Source of the DNA: Ptychomitrium polyphyllum
Lineage: Eukaryota
Direction of reading: 5' to 3'
Length of the DNA: 64,000 bases
Assembly (NCBI GenBank): GCA_973851085.1
Contig: OZ316776.1
Coordinates: 12,400,001 to 12,464,000 of the forward strand
Numbering within the stretch: the stretch's first letter is position 1; each line of letters opens with the position of its first letter. The position numbers and the translations under genes are program-made. Under the pieces are notes generated by a model. The model had not been told where the DNA came from, did not search any database, and worked only from the letters and a program-made list of their open reading frames with translations. Below, piece after piece: positions 12,890 to 25,754 of this stretch.

Positions 12890-14236
12890 ATGGCCTTCGT
12901 TTTCAAGGTTCGTATTCGTTCAGGAGTTTGCAAGTTGCTTGAAACTAGCTGCGTTGAGGTTTGGGCAATTGGTTCTGTGCCTTCTCAGTGCACATATGCA
13001 ATGGGTGAGGTGTTGTTCGATGCTTGTTGCCCAGATGAAGCGATGTCCATGGAGTAAGTTGACTGTGATTGTTCTCAATTGGTCCAACAGGTTAAATGTG
13101 GCGATATCATGCGCCGACTCAGTGTGAAGGATAATCTACGTTTCTTCAAACCTGATATATCCTTTACTGAGCTTGAGAGTACTATTCGTCGAGTATTCGA
13201 GATCCCTGTTTTATCCAGGTTCGCTATACTTTACACCGATACTGATAACGATGAGGTAACCATGACCAACGATGATGATATTGTAGACGCATGCGTTTCC
13301 CAGAACTTGAATCCTCTTCGTTTGACAGTTCTGTTTCGAGAGGAGAAATCACGGAGCTCAGCACATGATACCCGCCCACCTGAACGTAAGGAGCCGATGA
13401 TATGAAGCTTTCTAGTTCATTCCTTTTGCAAGGCTAGAACTGCTCTGGGCTGATTGGTTTTCCAGTATTTTATTTTCAATGGTTTTTGTTTGTTGCTAGC
13501 ATGAGGGCGCCCAATGTTTTAGAATTATCCTTTCTTGGATGGTTTGTTTGGTTATATTATGATATATCTTGGGTATTGTTTGTGATGGCAGCATTGACAG
13601 TTGATCCTCCTCCATGGGCAGGTATGCAATTGTAGCAATTATGTGGAATCTTGAAGTTAGCATTTCTCCTTCTAAATGTCTTTTCTATGTTTCCCAACAT
13701 TTGAGTGCGCATTTCATTGATGCTTTACCACGCTTATGTGAGGGTGTTCTTTGCAGCTGATATTCTACTGAAACTTGACCAATTACTGCTATCTGTAAAT
13801 AAACCGCTGGTCGAGCCAGTCGTTACATCTGGGAGTCCCACATCCACGAAGTTTGAGGACCACTTTCTGGTAGTAGACTATCGTCCGAATGATGGTTCTA
13901 CAATCGAACCTGCCAAAGATACTGGTAAGTGTAGTATAGAAGAAGGTTGCTATAATAATGTTTTTGAGAAATAAGCTGGAGAGAGTAGCAGATTTGTTTC
14001 AAATTATGGAGGCTTGCAGTTCAAACCTGTACGAACACGATTTGGGAGGAATTAATAACTTGGCAAGCATCTTTCGAGGGATTATATGACTATTATTTCT
14101 CATGAGTATGTCTAACCGGTGTTGTATTTTTGCAGCACAATCAGGATCTGAATCAGAGTTCCTAAGACGTGCTGCGATTTTACGGCAGAGAGTAACAACA
14201 GACGAGTTGAGTGAAGTGGAGGACAGAAAACCTTAA
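12890..14236 (+). CDS. Short PB1-domain protein resembling a truncated NBR1; exons ~12890-12907, 13091-13385, a possible small exon near 13600, 13757-13924, 14136-14236
   Basis: MAFVFK|VKCGDIMRRL...YTDTDNDEVTMTNDDDIVDACVSQNLNPLRLTV has the PB1 basic Lys and acidic OPCA motif and NBR1-type 'QxLNPLRI' ending. Downstream exon structure is less certain. Confidence 0.65.
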
Positions 14237-14592
14237 AGCAAAAGTGAAGCTACGGTGCGATAGGATGCTGAGAAATACATTTTCAAAACGTGTGATGCAT
14301 ATCCGCCATATCTGCTGCAAAAAAAGAAATTTGGTACAATATTATGGTCAGTGACGATATAATCAGCAAGCTGGAAGTATATTAGTGCTACTCTGTCTAG
14401 TTTGGAAGAACATTCGCATTTTAAAGATCGATTTGCTGTGAATCTCAAGCTGTTGAATTGGCTTATGTCATCTATAACATCGTTCTTAAGTTAATTATTG
14501 GTCAACTTGAAAAAGTTATGATTTTAATTACTTGTCATCAAGTAACCCTACTGCGTCACTTGCTGAGTCCAAAACAGTTACAACAATAATCT

Positions 14593-14708
14593 GTTTCATG
14601 TATGCATACCTCAATCGTTTCATGTATGCACACCCCAATTGTTTCATGTATGCATACCTCAATTGTTTTATGTATGCATACTTCAATCATTTCGTGTATG
14701 CATACCTT
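14593..14708. repeat. 24-bp minisatellite, ~5 copies, with palindromic core GTATGCATAC
   Basis: Unit gtttcatgtatgcatacctcaat(c/t) starts at 14593, 14617, 14641, 14665, 14689. Confidence 0.9.
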
Positions 14709-16070
14709 AAAAGAAACCAAGGAGTGCAAGAACCTTATTCATAGTTTACAAATATGTATACATAATGTATTGCCAATAAAGCAACTCCACATCTTTTAGT
14801 TTGTAAAGTTGAGCAACTAAAACACTAAAACACTCAATTCATGGGCAAAGTCTTAGGAAGTGTCAATCTTGGGAAGTGTCAACTTTATAGAATTTATACA
14901 ACCACTTGCATTAAGATATGGAATCCAATTTATCCAATATGTGTATGCCTTTCAATAGATATGACTTATGGTTCAAATTTATATGTTGACAAATTTTTGG
15001 TCAATAAGACTATATTTTAAAGAATAGTACAATATATTTCAAGTTCTTAAAGATGGAAATTTGTATGAAATGCTATAGTATTTGTATTGCACGATTTGTG
15101 CCTTATACTTTCAGTTCAATTGTTCATTATATAATGCTTATATTTCTTGGAATTATTAAAGAAACACAAGTTAGACACAAAATATAAGAAAATAAGCAAG
15201 TGACCATACAAAAGAAGTGTGTTGCCTTTTGACTACTTGTAGTTTACAACCTCCTATGTTAATTTTAGACTTCAATTCTAATTTATGATTTCTTTGCAAT
15301 ACTTATCTTAACTTTGATTTATTTCTTATATTATATCTTATTAATTAAAAAACATGATCATCAAGTCCTAATATCCTTGGATTTAATGTAGGTATTAAGA
15401 TTTATAAGCCTTCTAAGAATTAAATTGATATCAAAAATGGTTATAAGATAAAAAAAAAAAGCAATACAATTTTTGTTGATAAAATCAAGGTGCACTAGAT
15501 TTTGCCTCTTATTTATACTATAAAGCCTATGCCCTAAGTAATTTCTTATAAAAATCATGAGAAACTATTAAAAGGGTTTAAATGCCTATAGAACCATTAT
15601 TAAAAGTGTTTGAAAAACAATGAGAAGCTCTCCAAGCCTATAGATGTTTTGGAAGATTTTAGAAAATTCAAGAATTATATAAATGATATATGGATGATAT
15701 AGGTCTCCAATGTTCATTTTCAAAGATGTTAATGTTCTTCAATTTTGATAATAGAGATGATGTATACGTGTCCAAAAACTTAAATGAAGGACATATGTAA
15801 TATTCATAAACCTATGCACATTATGCACATTATCAGGAGAAATGTTTGGAACGTATGTTACATCATTGTCTATCTTGTCTTTTAAAAATTAAAATTTATA
15901 AAAATCATATATATTTTTATTTCTAATTTTTTTTATAAGCCCTTTAAACAACCACGTTTATATAAATCATCTCATCTTTTTACAATCCAATTCATTCTTA
16001 AAAAATGCAAAAGTTCAAATTAAACTCATACTTTCATAAAACTACTACCATATACCTTTACCATCATTTG

Positions 16071-16505
16071 TGTTAGGGACACAAGAAACAAGAAGTAGAA
16101 ACAAAGTGTTTCCCAAGAATTACCTTCCAAAAAGCTAATGATTAATAAGAACTTCATAGAAAGATTGAAATAAGGCAAGATACAATATGATCTACAACTA
16201 ATGTTGGCAAGAATAAACAATACCTTGTCTTGCCTCTTATTTATACTATGATATTTGTATCTCCTAGGATACTTCTAAAGAAGCTTCCTACAAGGCTTAA
16301 GAATGTTTTAGAAGTCTATGAAACCTTTCCAAGAAGTTTCCCAAGATATTGGAACCTTCTTTAGAAGTTTTTTAAGGTGGTAGAACTTTCCAAGGATGTA
16401 GAAACAGCTATGGAAACATTGAAAGTATTTTAAGAAGCTACTATAATATACCAGAAGGTTCTAGAAGGTTCTAAAGACTATGTTGCATGATCTATGTCCA
16501 TAACA
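16071..16505 (-). repeat. 3' LTR of the family-A element
   Basis: tgttagggacacaag...ctatgtccataaca; adjacent minus-strand PPT ctaaaggagaagtga. Confidence 0.92.
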
Positions 16506-16559
16506 TCACTTCTCCTTTAGTGACAAGTTTTATAAAGAGTTTTTCTTGTGGCTTGCTTG

Positions 16560-16997
16560 TCATATCTCTACAAATTTCAAAATTTGTCGAAGAAGAGAAG
16601 CAACATATTCTGCTCGTTGTTCTTTACCTACTGGTTCAACTGGTCCTTGCAAGAAGTGCCAATGACCACCAATCAAGACTTCTGTTGTTGATTTATCCGA
16701 GCTCAAGATTTGATCTTGATTAAGTCCTTTGAAACATCCTCCAAACAGGATCTTAGGTCTTTTAAGAGTAACTCTTCCAATTTCTAACAAGCTAACTAGA
16801 GCGTGAGCATGTAAATCAAGATTGGAATGTGAAAGGCAACTAGTCAATATTTTTGTACAAGGTCGCACTCGACCTTGGAATGTCTCTCTCATATCTTGGC
16901 TTAGATCTTCCGGTTTTGAAGGCTGAAAAAGTTGAATTGGCTCAATAAATGCTGCTATTGAAGAAGGCACGGCTAACTGCTCTTCACGCATATCCAT
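16560..16997 (-). CDS. Extra ORF of unknown function between pol and the PPT of the family-A element
   Basis: 145 open codons inside an otherwise heavily decayed element; the frame extends to ~17132 through a single TAG at 17031-17033. Confidence 0.45.
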   Translation of the reverse strand: MDMREEQLAVPSSIAAFIEPIQLFQPSKPEDLSQDMRETFQGRVRPCTKILTSCLSHSNLDLHAHALVSLLEIGRVTLKRPKILFGGCFKGLNQDQILSSDKSTTEVLIGGHWHFLQGPVEPVGKEQRAEYVASLLRQILKFVEI

Positions 16998-18232
16998 GAT
17001 AATACAAAGATTTGATATACTAGTTAGGATCTAAAGATAATCTATCTTGGAAATAATGCTACACACAATTGGACGTTTGGATACCTCTCTTCCATTCTTA
17101 TACTTGTCTATGGAAAAAACTTCTCCGTGAAGCTAACGGCTATTGATAATACATTATCATTGACATGGTTTCTAAGGATATCTTTGATGAAATTTGTGTA
17201 TCTTTTCAGATGCATTTGTTATGTTCATTGAAGGTTCCCATGTTTGGTCGTTGATGCCATATTATTGCCAATGTATAAGGTTTTCTACACATCCATTCTT
17301 GATGCGTGAATCTAAGATCTCTTGGATTTCATATTCCATTTCATTATTGATTTCCACCGGAGGAGGCGGAGGGACAATTTTCTTTGGTATACATAACTTG
17401 TTGTAGATTTCAAACAACATTATATGGAACATTGGATGGATTTGCATGGTTGGTGGTAGTTTGAGGCAATAACAGACGGGATTTATCTATTTACTGATTT
17501 TAAATGGTTCTAGCCTTTGATAGTCTAGCTTCTTTGACGGTTTTTTTATTTGTATGTTTTGTTGTAGGAGCCATATGCTATCTCCAACCTTGAACTTTGG
17601 ATGGTTCTTCCAATGATGATCTGCATCAGTTTTGTAACAATCTTGAGCTTGTTATAACTGGAAAGCAAGTTGTTGGTAGATTTGAGCAAATTGAGTTGCA
17701 AAATCTTTTGCTGCAAGGCTTTTAATATGCTTGATTTGAAAAGGGTCTGCTCAAGGATGATGGTTATAGTTTGCAAAGAATGGACTTTGAGTTGTTGAAG
17801 AATGCATCGTATTGTTGTAAGCAAACTCTGCCAAAGGTAAGAGATCCATCCAATTGTCTTGTTGGTAGTTTATACTGCAACAAAGGTATTGCTCCAAAAT
17901 TTGATTTACATGTTTGGTTTGACCATCAATCTGCGGATGTTGTGTTGAAGGAAAGTTGATCTTCACGCGCAACAGCTAGAAGAGAGCCCTCCAAAAGTTG
18001 GAAATGAACTACGACCCTCGATCAGATACAGTATCATTTGATAGGCCATGTATGCAGTAGATGTGATTTAGAAACAACTTAGTAGTTTCTTCTCCCCTTA
18101 CCGTCATGTTGCATGGAATGAAATGTGCCATCTTCATAAACTAATCCACTACTACCAAAATAGAATCCTTAGAATCAAAGTTTGAAAGTTCCGTAATAAA
18201 ATCCATTGACAATAACAATCATGGACCCTTTG

Positions 18233-19378
18233 TGTTACACACTTCTCCTTGAGGAGTGCCCGCAACACTAAGGGCACAATGGGGGACCCCGGAGTGACGT
18301 CCGGGACTTGGGGCGCCGATAGTGAGAAGAACCGAGTGGGCCTAGCGTGGAAAGGACCTCGAGGGGGAGAAACATCCTTGCCCATGTAGACCGAGGGTCA
18401 CAAGGGATAAATCATAGGCATTGGAGGAATTACAAAGAGCTGATTATAGAATGCTAAATATTGCTCAAATCGGACAAGGGAGCTAAAAGTTATGGCATCC
18501 CAAAGTTGAGGTTGCCAAGGGGCTATTCTGGACTATGGCAGCCCTACACAGTGACTGTACTGGACTGGGACAGTCCAAGGAGGGACTCTCCGGGAGTCCG
18601 GGACCTTGGGAGAGGCATATCTCTCAGAGTACTAACTCAAATCGGACGTTTGAGGAGTCTATCGGCATATACGCAAAGAGTAGATGACAATAGAGTGGTC
18701 GCTCGATAGATTCAGGCACCGGACGTTGAAGATATGGCTCCCTGAAGGTCCGCAAGGAGTTCCTGGGGCTTCTAGCAACTAAGTCCTAAGGGAGATTGGG
18801 TGGTCTTCCAAAATTTTAGGTGTGTCAAAGTTCAGCCAACTACATAGGGCCATGATGCCTGCCAAATCCCACAGAGAGTACTATAGGGGAGGACTGGTCC
18901 CCCTCCCTACTCCCTTAGTGTCCCGGTTGGAACCAAGGGTGAGTCCCGGTTGGTGGAACTAGTGTTGGAGCTTCACCACGGGGACCCCCATATCATTGTG
19001 AGCCGGTGGATGGCCGGTTTCACGGAAGGAATTAGTGAGATGAAGAGGGTAAGCTTGTTACTACTAAGTTGGAGTGGTGTCTTTACGCCGGCACCATGAT
19101 GGCCCGGGGTGATCTTAGGATTGCATGGGGATCATGAGTGGTGGTGAAGAGACACTACTAAGTATGGTTAGGCCGTATAAAATGGGAATAACACCAAATG
19201 TGGCCTTGGGCATGAATGGAAGTCCGCACCTAACCATTGGCTACCAAACAATTGGGTGTCCAAAGAGAAATAGTAGAGGGACTTGGAGAGTGAGAATGAG
19301 GGTTAACCATGTGCATGTGGGGGTGTACAGGGTTGACGCGTGTGACATTTGTTAAGGTGCATTACAAGGGTTGCAACA
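18233..19378 (+). mobile_element. Family-B solo LTR inserted in the family-A integrase region
   Basis: tgttacacac...gggttgcaaca, 1146 bp, perfect TSD CTTTG on both sides. Confidence 0.93.
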
Positions 19379-21644
19379 CTTTGGCATTGGAAGCGAATAG
19401 AGGAAACCATGAAGTTAGTGTCTTAGTACCTCGGTCTTTGTACAAATATTATATGATCAAACAAAGTCCTTCATGTATTTCCACATTTGCGGCCACCAAT
19501 AGTCTTTAGCAATCAATTCCATTGTTTTATTGAATCCAAAATGCGATATTGTTGGAAAATCATGACATGTTTGAAGGATCATAACTTACATAGGACCTAG
19601 AAGTAGGTATAAAAGTCCTTTATAATAAAGTAGGTCCTTTTGGAATTCAAAGTTCTCATAACTATTTGAAGGATTCCATTGTCTTTGAAGCGCTTCTTTA
19701 TGTTTAAAACAAAGACATCATTCTTCAAATCCCTCCAAATTTTGTTGAGATAGAATGTTGTTGTAATAATCGTTGCTTTCAATTGAAGATTTTGTGGCTT
19801 CAATATAATAGTGTTTTGTTGATCCAAAACATCATCTCTAGATTGAAGAGCTAAATAAGATCTTTGAGATAAGGCACATGGCTTACCTTATAAGCTACCA
19901 GGTCGATAGGTAATGACAAAGTCAAATCTAGGAAGCGACATGTTTCACCTTGCTTGATGGCGATTTAAAACATGCGCACTTATGAAATACTGCAAGTTCT
20001 TGTCGTCTCTATGTATTGTGCCGATATGTTGAGCTCCTTCAAACGCATCCAAAATTTCAAGTAATTCCTTATCAGGTATATCATAGTTGATTTTTGCCGC
20101 TAAGTACTTCCTTGAATAAAAGGCAATACGGTGGAGTCTCTTGTCTTCATCACATTGAGAGAAGACTAGGCTAAGCGCAAAACCTGAGGCATCTGCTTCC
20201 AAATAGAAATGCTTTGATGGATTTGAATGAATAAGGATTGAAAACGATGTGAATGACTTCTTAAGACCTTAAATGCTTTTTCCGCTCTTCATTTCAAGTG
20301 AATTTTTGCTTCTTTGTAAGTTGTGTTAGTGATGCTGCAATGTTGGAATAGTCCTTGATGAATATCATGTAGAAGTTTGCAAATTCTAAAAAGCATTGAA
20401 CATCTTGAATTGATCTTGGTGTATTTCACTACAAAATAGTGCTTATTTTCTTTTCATCCATATGGATTTTTCCTTTGGAGATGATGTAGCTTAAAAATTC
20501 AACCGAGGATTCATGGAAAAAGCACTTTTTCAATTTGGCAAATAATCCTTTGTGGCATAGTTTTTTAAAAACCAGTTGCACATAACATTTGTTGTTTTAT
20601 TCATCTTTTGAATATATCAAAATGTCATTCAATTAAATGACTACAAAATCATCCAAGTATTCATGGAAAATATCATTCATCATGTATTGAAAGACTACAG
20701 AGGCATTAGTAAGACCAAAAGGCATGACATTATATTCAAAATGGCCATACCTATATCAAAAAGGTTGTCTTCTATTTGTCTTTTTTTTTAATGCCTACAA
20801 GATTATAGGCTTCTTAAAGATCAATCTTGGTAAACTTCTTTGTTTAGTTAAGTTGCTGTAGGAATTTTGAGATTAATGGTAATGGATAGTGATTTTTTAT
20901 GTTACTTCATTAAGGCCTCAATAGTCCACGTATATATATGTAATGATCCATCTTTTTTCTTTACAAATAGAATGGGTGCTCTAGCAGGTAATTTAGAGTG
21001 TTGGAAGAAGCTCTTTCTGAGGTGTTTATGAATATATTCTCCAACGCAATCAGCTCGATTTGTGATAGATTATTGATAAGTCCAAAAGGAAATTGGACTC
21101 CTCCTTGCAATTAAATGGCACACTTGTAAAGCCAATGCTGTTGCAACTCTTGTAATGTACCTTAAAAAACGTTACGCAAGTCAACCCTGTACAACCTCAC
21201 ATGCACATGGTTAACCCTCATTTTCACTCTCCAAGTCCTAGGCTTGGTTTCTAATTCTTCCTACCATTTCTCTTAGGATACCCAATTGATTGGTAGCCAA
21301 TGCTTAGGTGCAGACTTCCATTCATGTCGAAAGCCTCACTTGGTGTTACTTCCATTCCACATGGCCTAACCGCACTTAGTAGTGACTTCTCACTACCAGT
21401 CATGATCTCCATGTGATCCTAAAATCACCCTGAGCCACCATGGTGCCGGCGTGAAAATACCACTCTAGCTTAATGATAACAAGTGTACCTTTCGGAACTT
21501 ACTAGTTCCTTTTGTGAAACCGGTCACCCACCGGCTCACAATGGTGTAGAAGTTCCTGTGGTGAAGCCTCGATACTAGCTCCACCCACCGGGACTCACCC
21601 TTGGTTCCTATCCGGATACTATGGAAGTGGAAAAGGAGACCAAT

Positions 21645-24600
21645 TGTTGCGCACCTCTCCTTGAGGAATGCCCGCAACACTAAGGGCACAAAGAGGGATC
21701 CTGGAGTGACGTCCGGGACTTGTGGTGCCGATAGTGAGAAGAACCAAGTGGGCCTAGCGTGGAAAGGATCCCTAGGGAGAAAAACATTCTTGTCCATGTA
21801 GACCAAGGGCCACGAAGGATGAATCATGGGCATTGGAGGAATCACAAAGAGCTGATTTTAGAATGCTAAAGATTGCCCAAATCGGACAAGGGAACTAAAA
21901 ATTATGGCATCCCAAAGTTGGAATTGCCAAGGGGCTATTCTGAACTATGGCAGCCCTACACAGTGACTATATTGGACTGGAACAGTCCAAGGAGGGACTC
22001 TCCGGGAGTTCCGAACCTTGGGAGAGGCATATCTCTCAGAGTACTAACTCAAAACGGATGTTTGAAGAGTCTATCGGCATGTACGCAAAGAGTAGATGAC
22101 AATAGAATGGTCGCTCAAAAGATTCAGGCATCGGACATTAAAGATATGGCTCCCTAACGGTCCGTAAGGAGTTCTCGGGGCTTCTAGCGGCTAAGTCCCA
22201 AGGGAGATCGGGTGGTCTTCCAAAAGTTTGGGTGTGTCGGACTTCAGCCAACTACAGAGGGCCAGGGGGCCTGCCCAATTCCATAGAGAGTACTATAAGG
22301 GAGGGCTGGTCCCCCTCCCCACTCCCTTAGTGTCTCGGTAGGAACCAAGGGTGAGTCCCGGTTGGTGGAGCTAGTGTTGGAGCTTCACCACGGGGGCTCC
22401 CATATCATTGTGAGCCGGTGGATGGCCGGTTTCATGGAGGGAACTAGTGAGATGAAGAGGGTAAGCTTGTTACTACTAAGTTGGAGTGGTGTCTTTACGC
22501 CGGCACCATGATGGCCCGGGGTGATCTTAGGATTGCATGGGGATCATGAGTGGTGGTGAAGAGACACCACTAAATGCGGTTAGGCTGTATAAAATGGGAA
22601 TAACACCAAATGTGGCCTTGGGCATGAATGGAAGTCCGCACCTAACCATTGGCTACCAAACAATTGGGTGTCCGAAGAGAAATGGTAGAGGGACTTGGAG
22701 AGTAAAAATGGAAGTTAACCATGTGCATGTGAGGGTGTACAAGGTTAACGCACGTGACGTTTGTTAAGGTGCATTAGAAAGGTTGCAAGAAAGCGAGTAT
22801 TTAAAGATGTGTACAGGTTGGAGCTACCACCCGGAATCAAAGTACACCTAGCATTTCATGTCTCACTTCTTAAGCCATTCAGAAGAATTACCTTGTATGC
22901 CAATCGCAAACAAGTGATTTGGCCACCGCTAGAATTGGTGGGCGACCACTTGGAATACGAAGTAGAAGGAATGCTCAAGTGTAGGCACCACAAAAAAATA
23001 GGAAAAGATTATTTGGTGAAGTGGAGAGGGTACCGTGAAAATGAAGCAACTTGAGTAGTGGCCAAGGATTTGGAAAATGGCAATGAAGTAGTGGAATGCT
23101 TTGAAAGAGATAGGAACTCCAACAAAAAACAACGTCGGCATTGATGAGGACATCAATCTCCTTTAGTGGGGGAGAGGCTAATAGCAGTAACTTCTTCACA
23201 TCATGTATTTGTTCTTTGATTTATGGCAATAAAGTTCAACTTTTGTATGCTAAAAAAAGAATGTAAGATGACGTCCTAGTCTTGTGCTTATGCTAAGTTG
23301 GTAGAAGAGGAGGAATATATATATAAAATCAAGTTAGGAAGGCCGAGTAATGGAGACCAAGGCTTAGAAGAAGAATGTTTGAAACCATGAAACCTCTTAG
23401 TCTTGAGCTTGTCCAGGCGAGGACAAGATAATAACGTATGCTCAAAAAAGGGCCACTCCTATAAACCAACAAAAGTTAGTGCATGGGAGTCATAAATCCA
23501 TATCTCAAAAGAAATAGTGGGATCCAGATTGGGCGGAACTTGGCATTACCCCTGTGTAGTGCAGTTGTGGAGTAAAAGCCACCTTGGGTTTGTCACCAAG
23601 ACAATTTTGTAGAGCATTGAGGTCCATCCTAGTCAAGAAGGTAAAATTAGGGAAGTGTAGAATAATTGGGAAGTCTATCCCATGAGGGTTTCAAAGTAGG
23701 TAGGTCTAGAGTAGTTTAGAGTCTCAAGATTTTTTGTCTAGGATGCATAAATAAACCACCTTTTAAACAACACCTTTGAAACTTTGCCAAAGATTTATAA
23801 ACGCATTGTGGGGGTCGCATCCTAGAAGAAACACAATGTTGCAGCCCTAAAAAATGGCACCCTTGGAATTGGTGTTTCAACTACAAGTATAGTTGATGAG
23901 GGCATTGATTCCATTTACGTGGGGGTGAGTGTCATGCACTTCTTCTTGTGGAGTGCCCGCAACACTAAGGCAGAAGGAAAATCCCTGAAATGACATCCGG
24001 GATTTGTGGCGCCAATAGTAAGGTGACCTAAGTACACCTAGCTTGGGAAAGACCTCGAGGAGAAGAAACATCCTTGCCCATGTAGATTGAGGGCCTCAAG
24101 GAAGAAATTATAGGCGTTAGAGGACTCATGACGAGTTGATTCTAGAATGCTAAAGATCGCTCAAATCGGACAAAAAAGCTAAAAGATATGGCATCCCAAA
24201 GTTGGAGCTGCCAAAGGCTGTTATAGACTGTGGCAGCCCTAGACTGTGACTGTGCTGGACTAGAACAAAGCAGGGAAGAAGTCCCCGGGAGTACCAAACC
24301 TTGGAAGAGGCATATCTCCCAGAATAATAAGTCAAATTGAACAATTGAGGAGTCTATCGGCATCTACGCAAAGATTCAATGACAATAGAGTGGTTGCTTG
24401 ATAGATTCGAAGACCAAACGTGGAAGATATGGCTCCTTGAAGGTCCGCAGGAAGTTTCGGAGGCTTCCAACGGCTAAGGTCCAAGGGGGATTAGGTGATC
24501 TTCCAAAGTTTTGGATGTGTCAAGGTTCAGCCAGCTACAGAGGACCAGGGGGCCTGCCAAATCCCACAAATAGTACTATAAGGGAGGGCTGGTCTCCTTC

Positions 24601-25092
24601 CCCACTTCTATAGTGTCCGGGTAGGAACCAAGGGTGAGTTCCGGTGGATGGAATTAATGTCGGAGCTTCACCACAGGGACTTCTACACCATTGTGAACCG
24701 GTGGGTGACCGGTTTCACGAAAGGAACTAGTAAGATTTAAAAGGTATACTTGTTATCACTAAGTTAGAGTGGTGTCTTTATGCCGGCACTATGGTGGACC
24801 GAATGATCTTAGGATCACATGGAGATCATGAGTGGTGGTGAGAAGACACCACTAAATGCGGTTAGGCCATGTGGAATGGAAGTAATACCAAGTGAGGCTT
24901 TCGACATGAATGGAAGTCCGCACCTAAGCATTGGCTACGAATCAATTGGATGTCCTAAGAAAAATGGTAGGGGGAATTGGAAACCAAGCCTGGGATTTGG
25001 AGAGTGAAAATGGGGGTTAATCATATGCATGTGGAGTTGTACAGGGTTGATTTGCGTAATGTTTGTTAAGGTGCATTACAAGGGTTGCAACA
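21645..25092 (+). mobile_element. Internally deleted family-B element: LTR 21645-22790, integrase C-terminus/chromodomain, 3'UTR, PPT, LTR 23930-25092
   Basis: The LTR is followed abruptly by RVFKDVYRLELPPGIKVH...EYEVEGML..YLVKWRGY; PPT-like gggggtgag precedes TGTCATGCAC at 23930. Confidence 0.8.
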
Positions 25093-25754
25093 TTTGGTAT
25101 CAAAGCAGGCTTTTAATAGCCAAGTCCTACATTGCAAAGAGGCAATGGATAAGAAGAAGGCCGGTGACGGTGGAGAGCTCAAGGCATCTAAACAACTACG
25201 CGTAAATGTGAATAAAGACCTTGATCCAATTAATGAGACTCCCTCCTTTGATTCCAATGAGCATGGAATTGACATTGGAGTCACCGAGGAAGTTGAGAAA
25301 ATTCAATAAGACGAAGTATTGGAGAGTGGAGAGTACTGAGGGACTAGGAATTCTAAGCCACTTGTGGACCTAGAAAGTCAAAACCCTGACTTAAGTTTTT
25401 GCATGAAAATGCTAGAAATCATGGACGTTGTGAACCAAGAGCTCAAGCGCTGCAAAGAAGAAAGGGCCCATTAAGAGAGGTTGATGGAGCACTTGATGGA
25501 ACAAGGTTCTAGGCCCTCATCTTCAACCAAGAAGTTGGCCAAGGTGAACATGCCAAGCATTTTTTTTGAATTAGGTAAAGTAAGGAAGTTAAAGGAGTTT
25601 CTCTTGGAAATAGACAACTATTATGATGTTCAAAAGCCGGAAGAGGTGGACAAGGTTTCAATTTCAGTGACCTCTCTAAAAGACCATGCTCTTTAATGGT
25701 GGACAAGTAAAAAAGAGCAAGAGCCGGACTTGGTATTAACCTTGACATGGGTAG

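Noticed and set aside
14593..14708. 24-bp repeats with a palindromic core, superficially CRISPR-like
   Set aside because: Head-to-tail units with no unique spacers, no cas genes, eukaryotic context: a minisatellite
22791..25754. Tandem dimer element sharing a central LTR (PPT-LTR-PBS)
   Set aside because: Not excluded, but the inversion model also explains the PBS-less LTR at 35913, the AATGC TSD pairing and the identical tract
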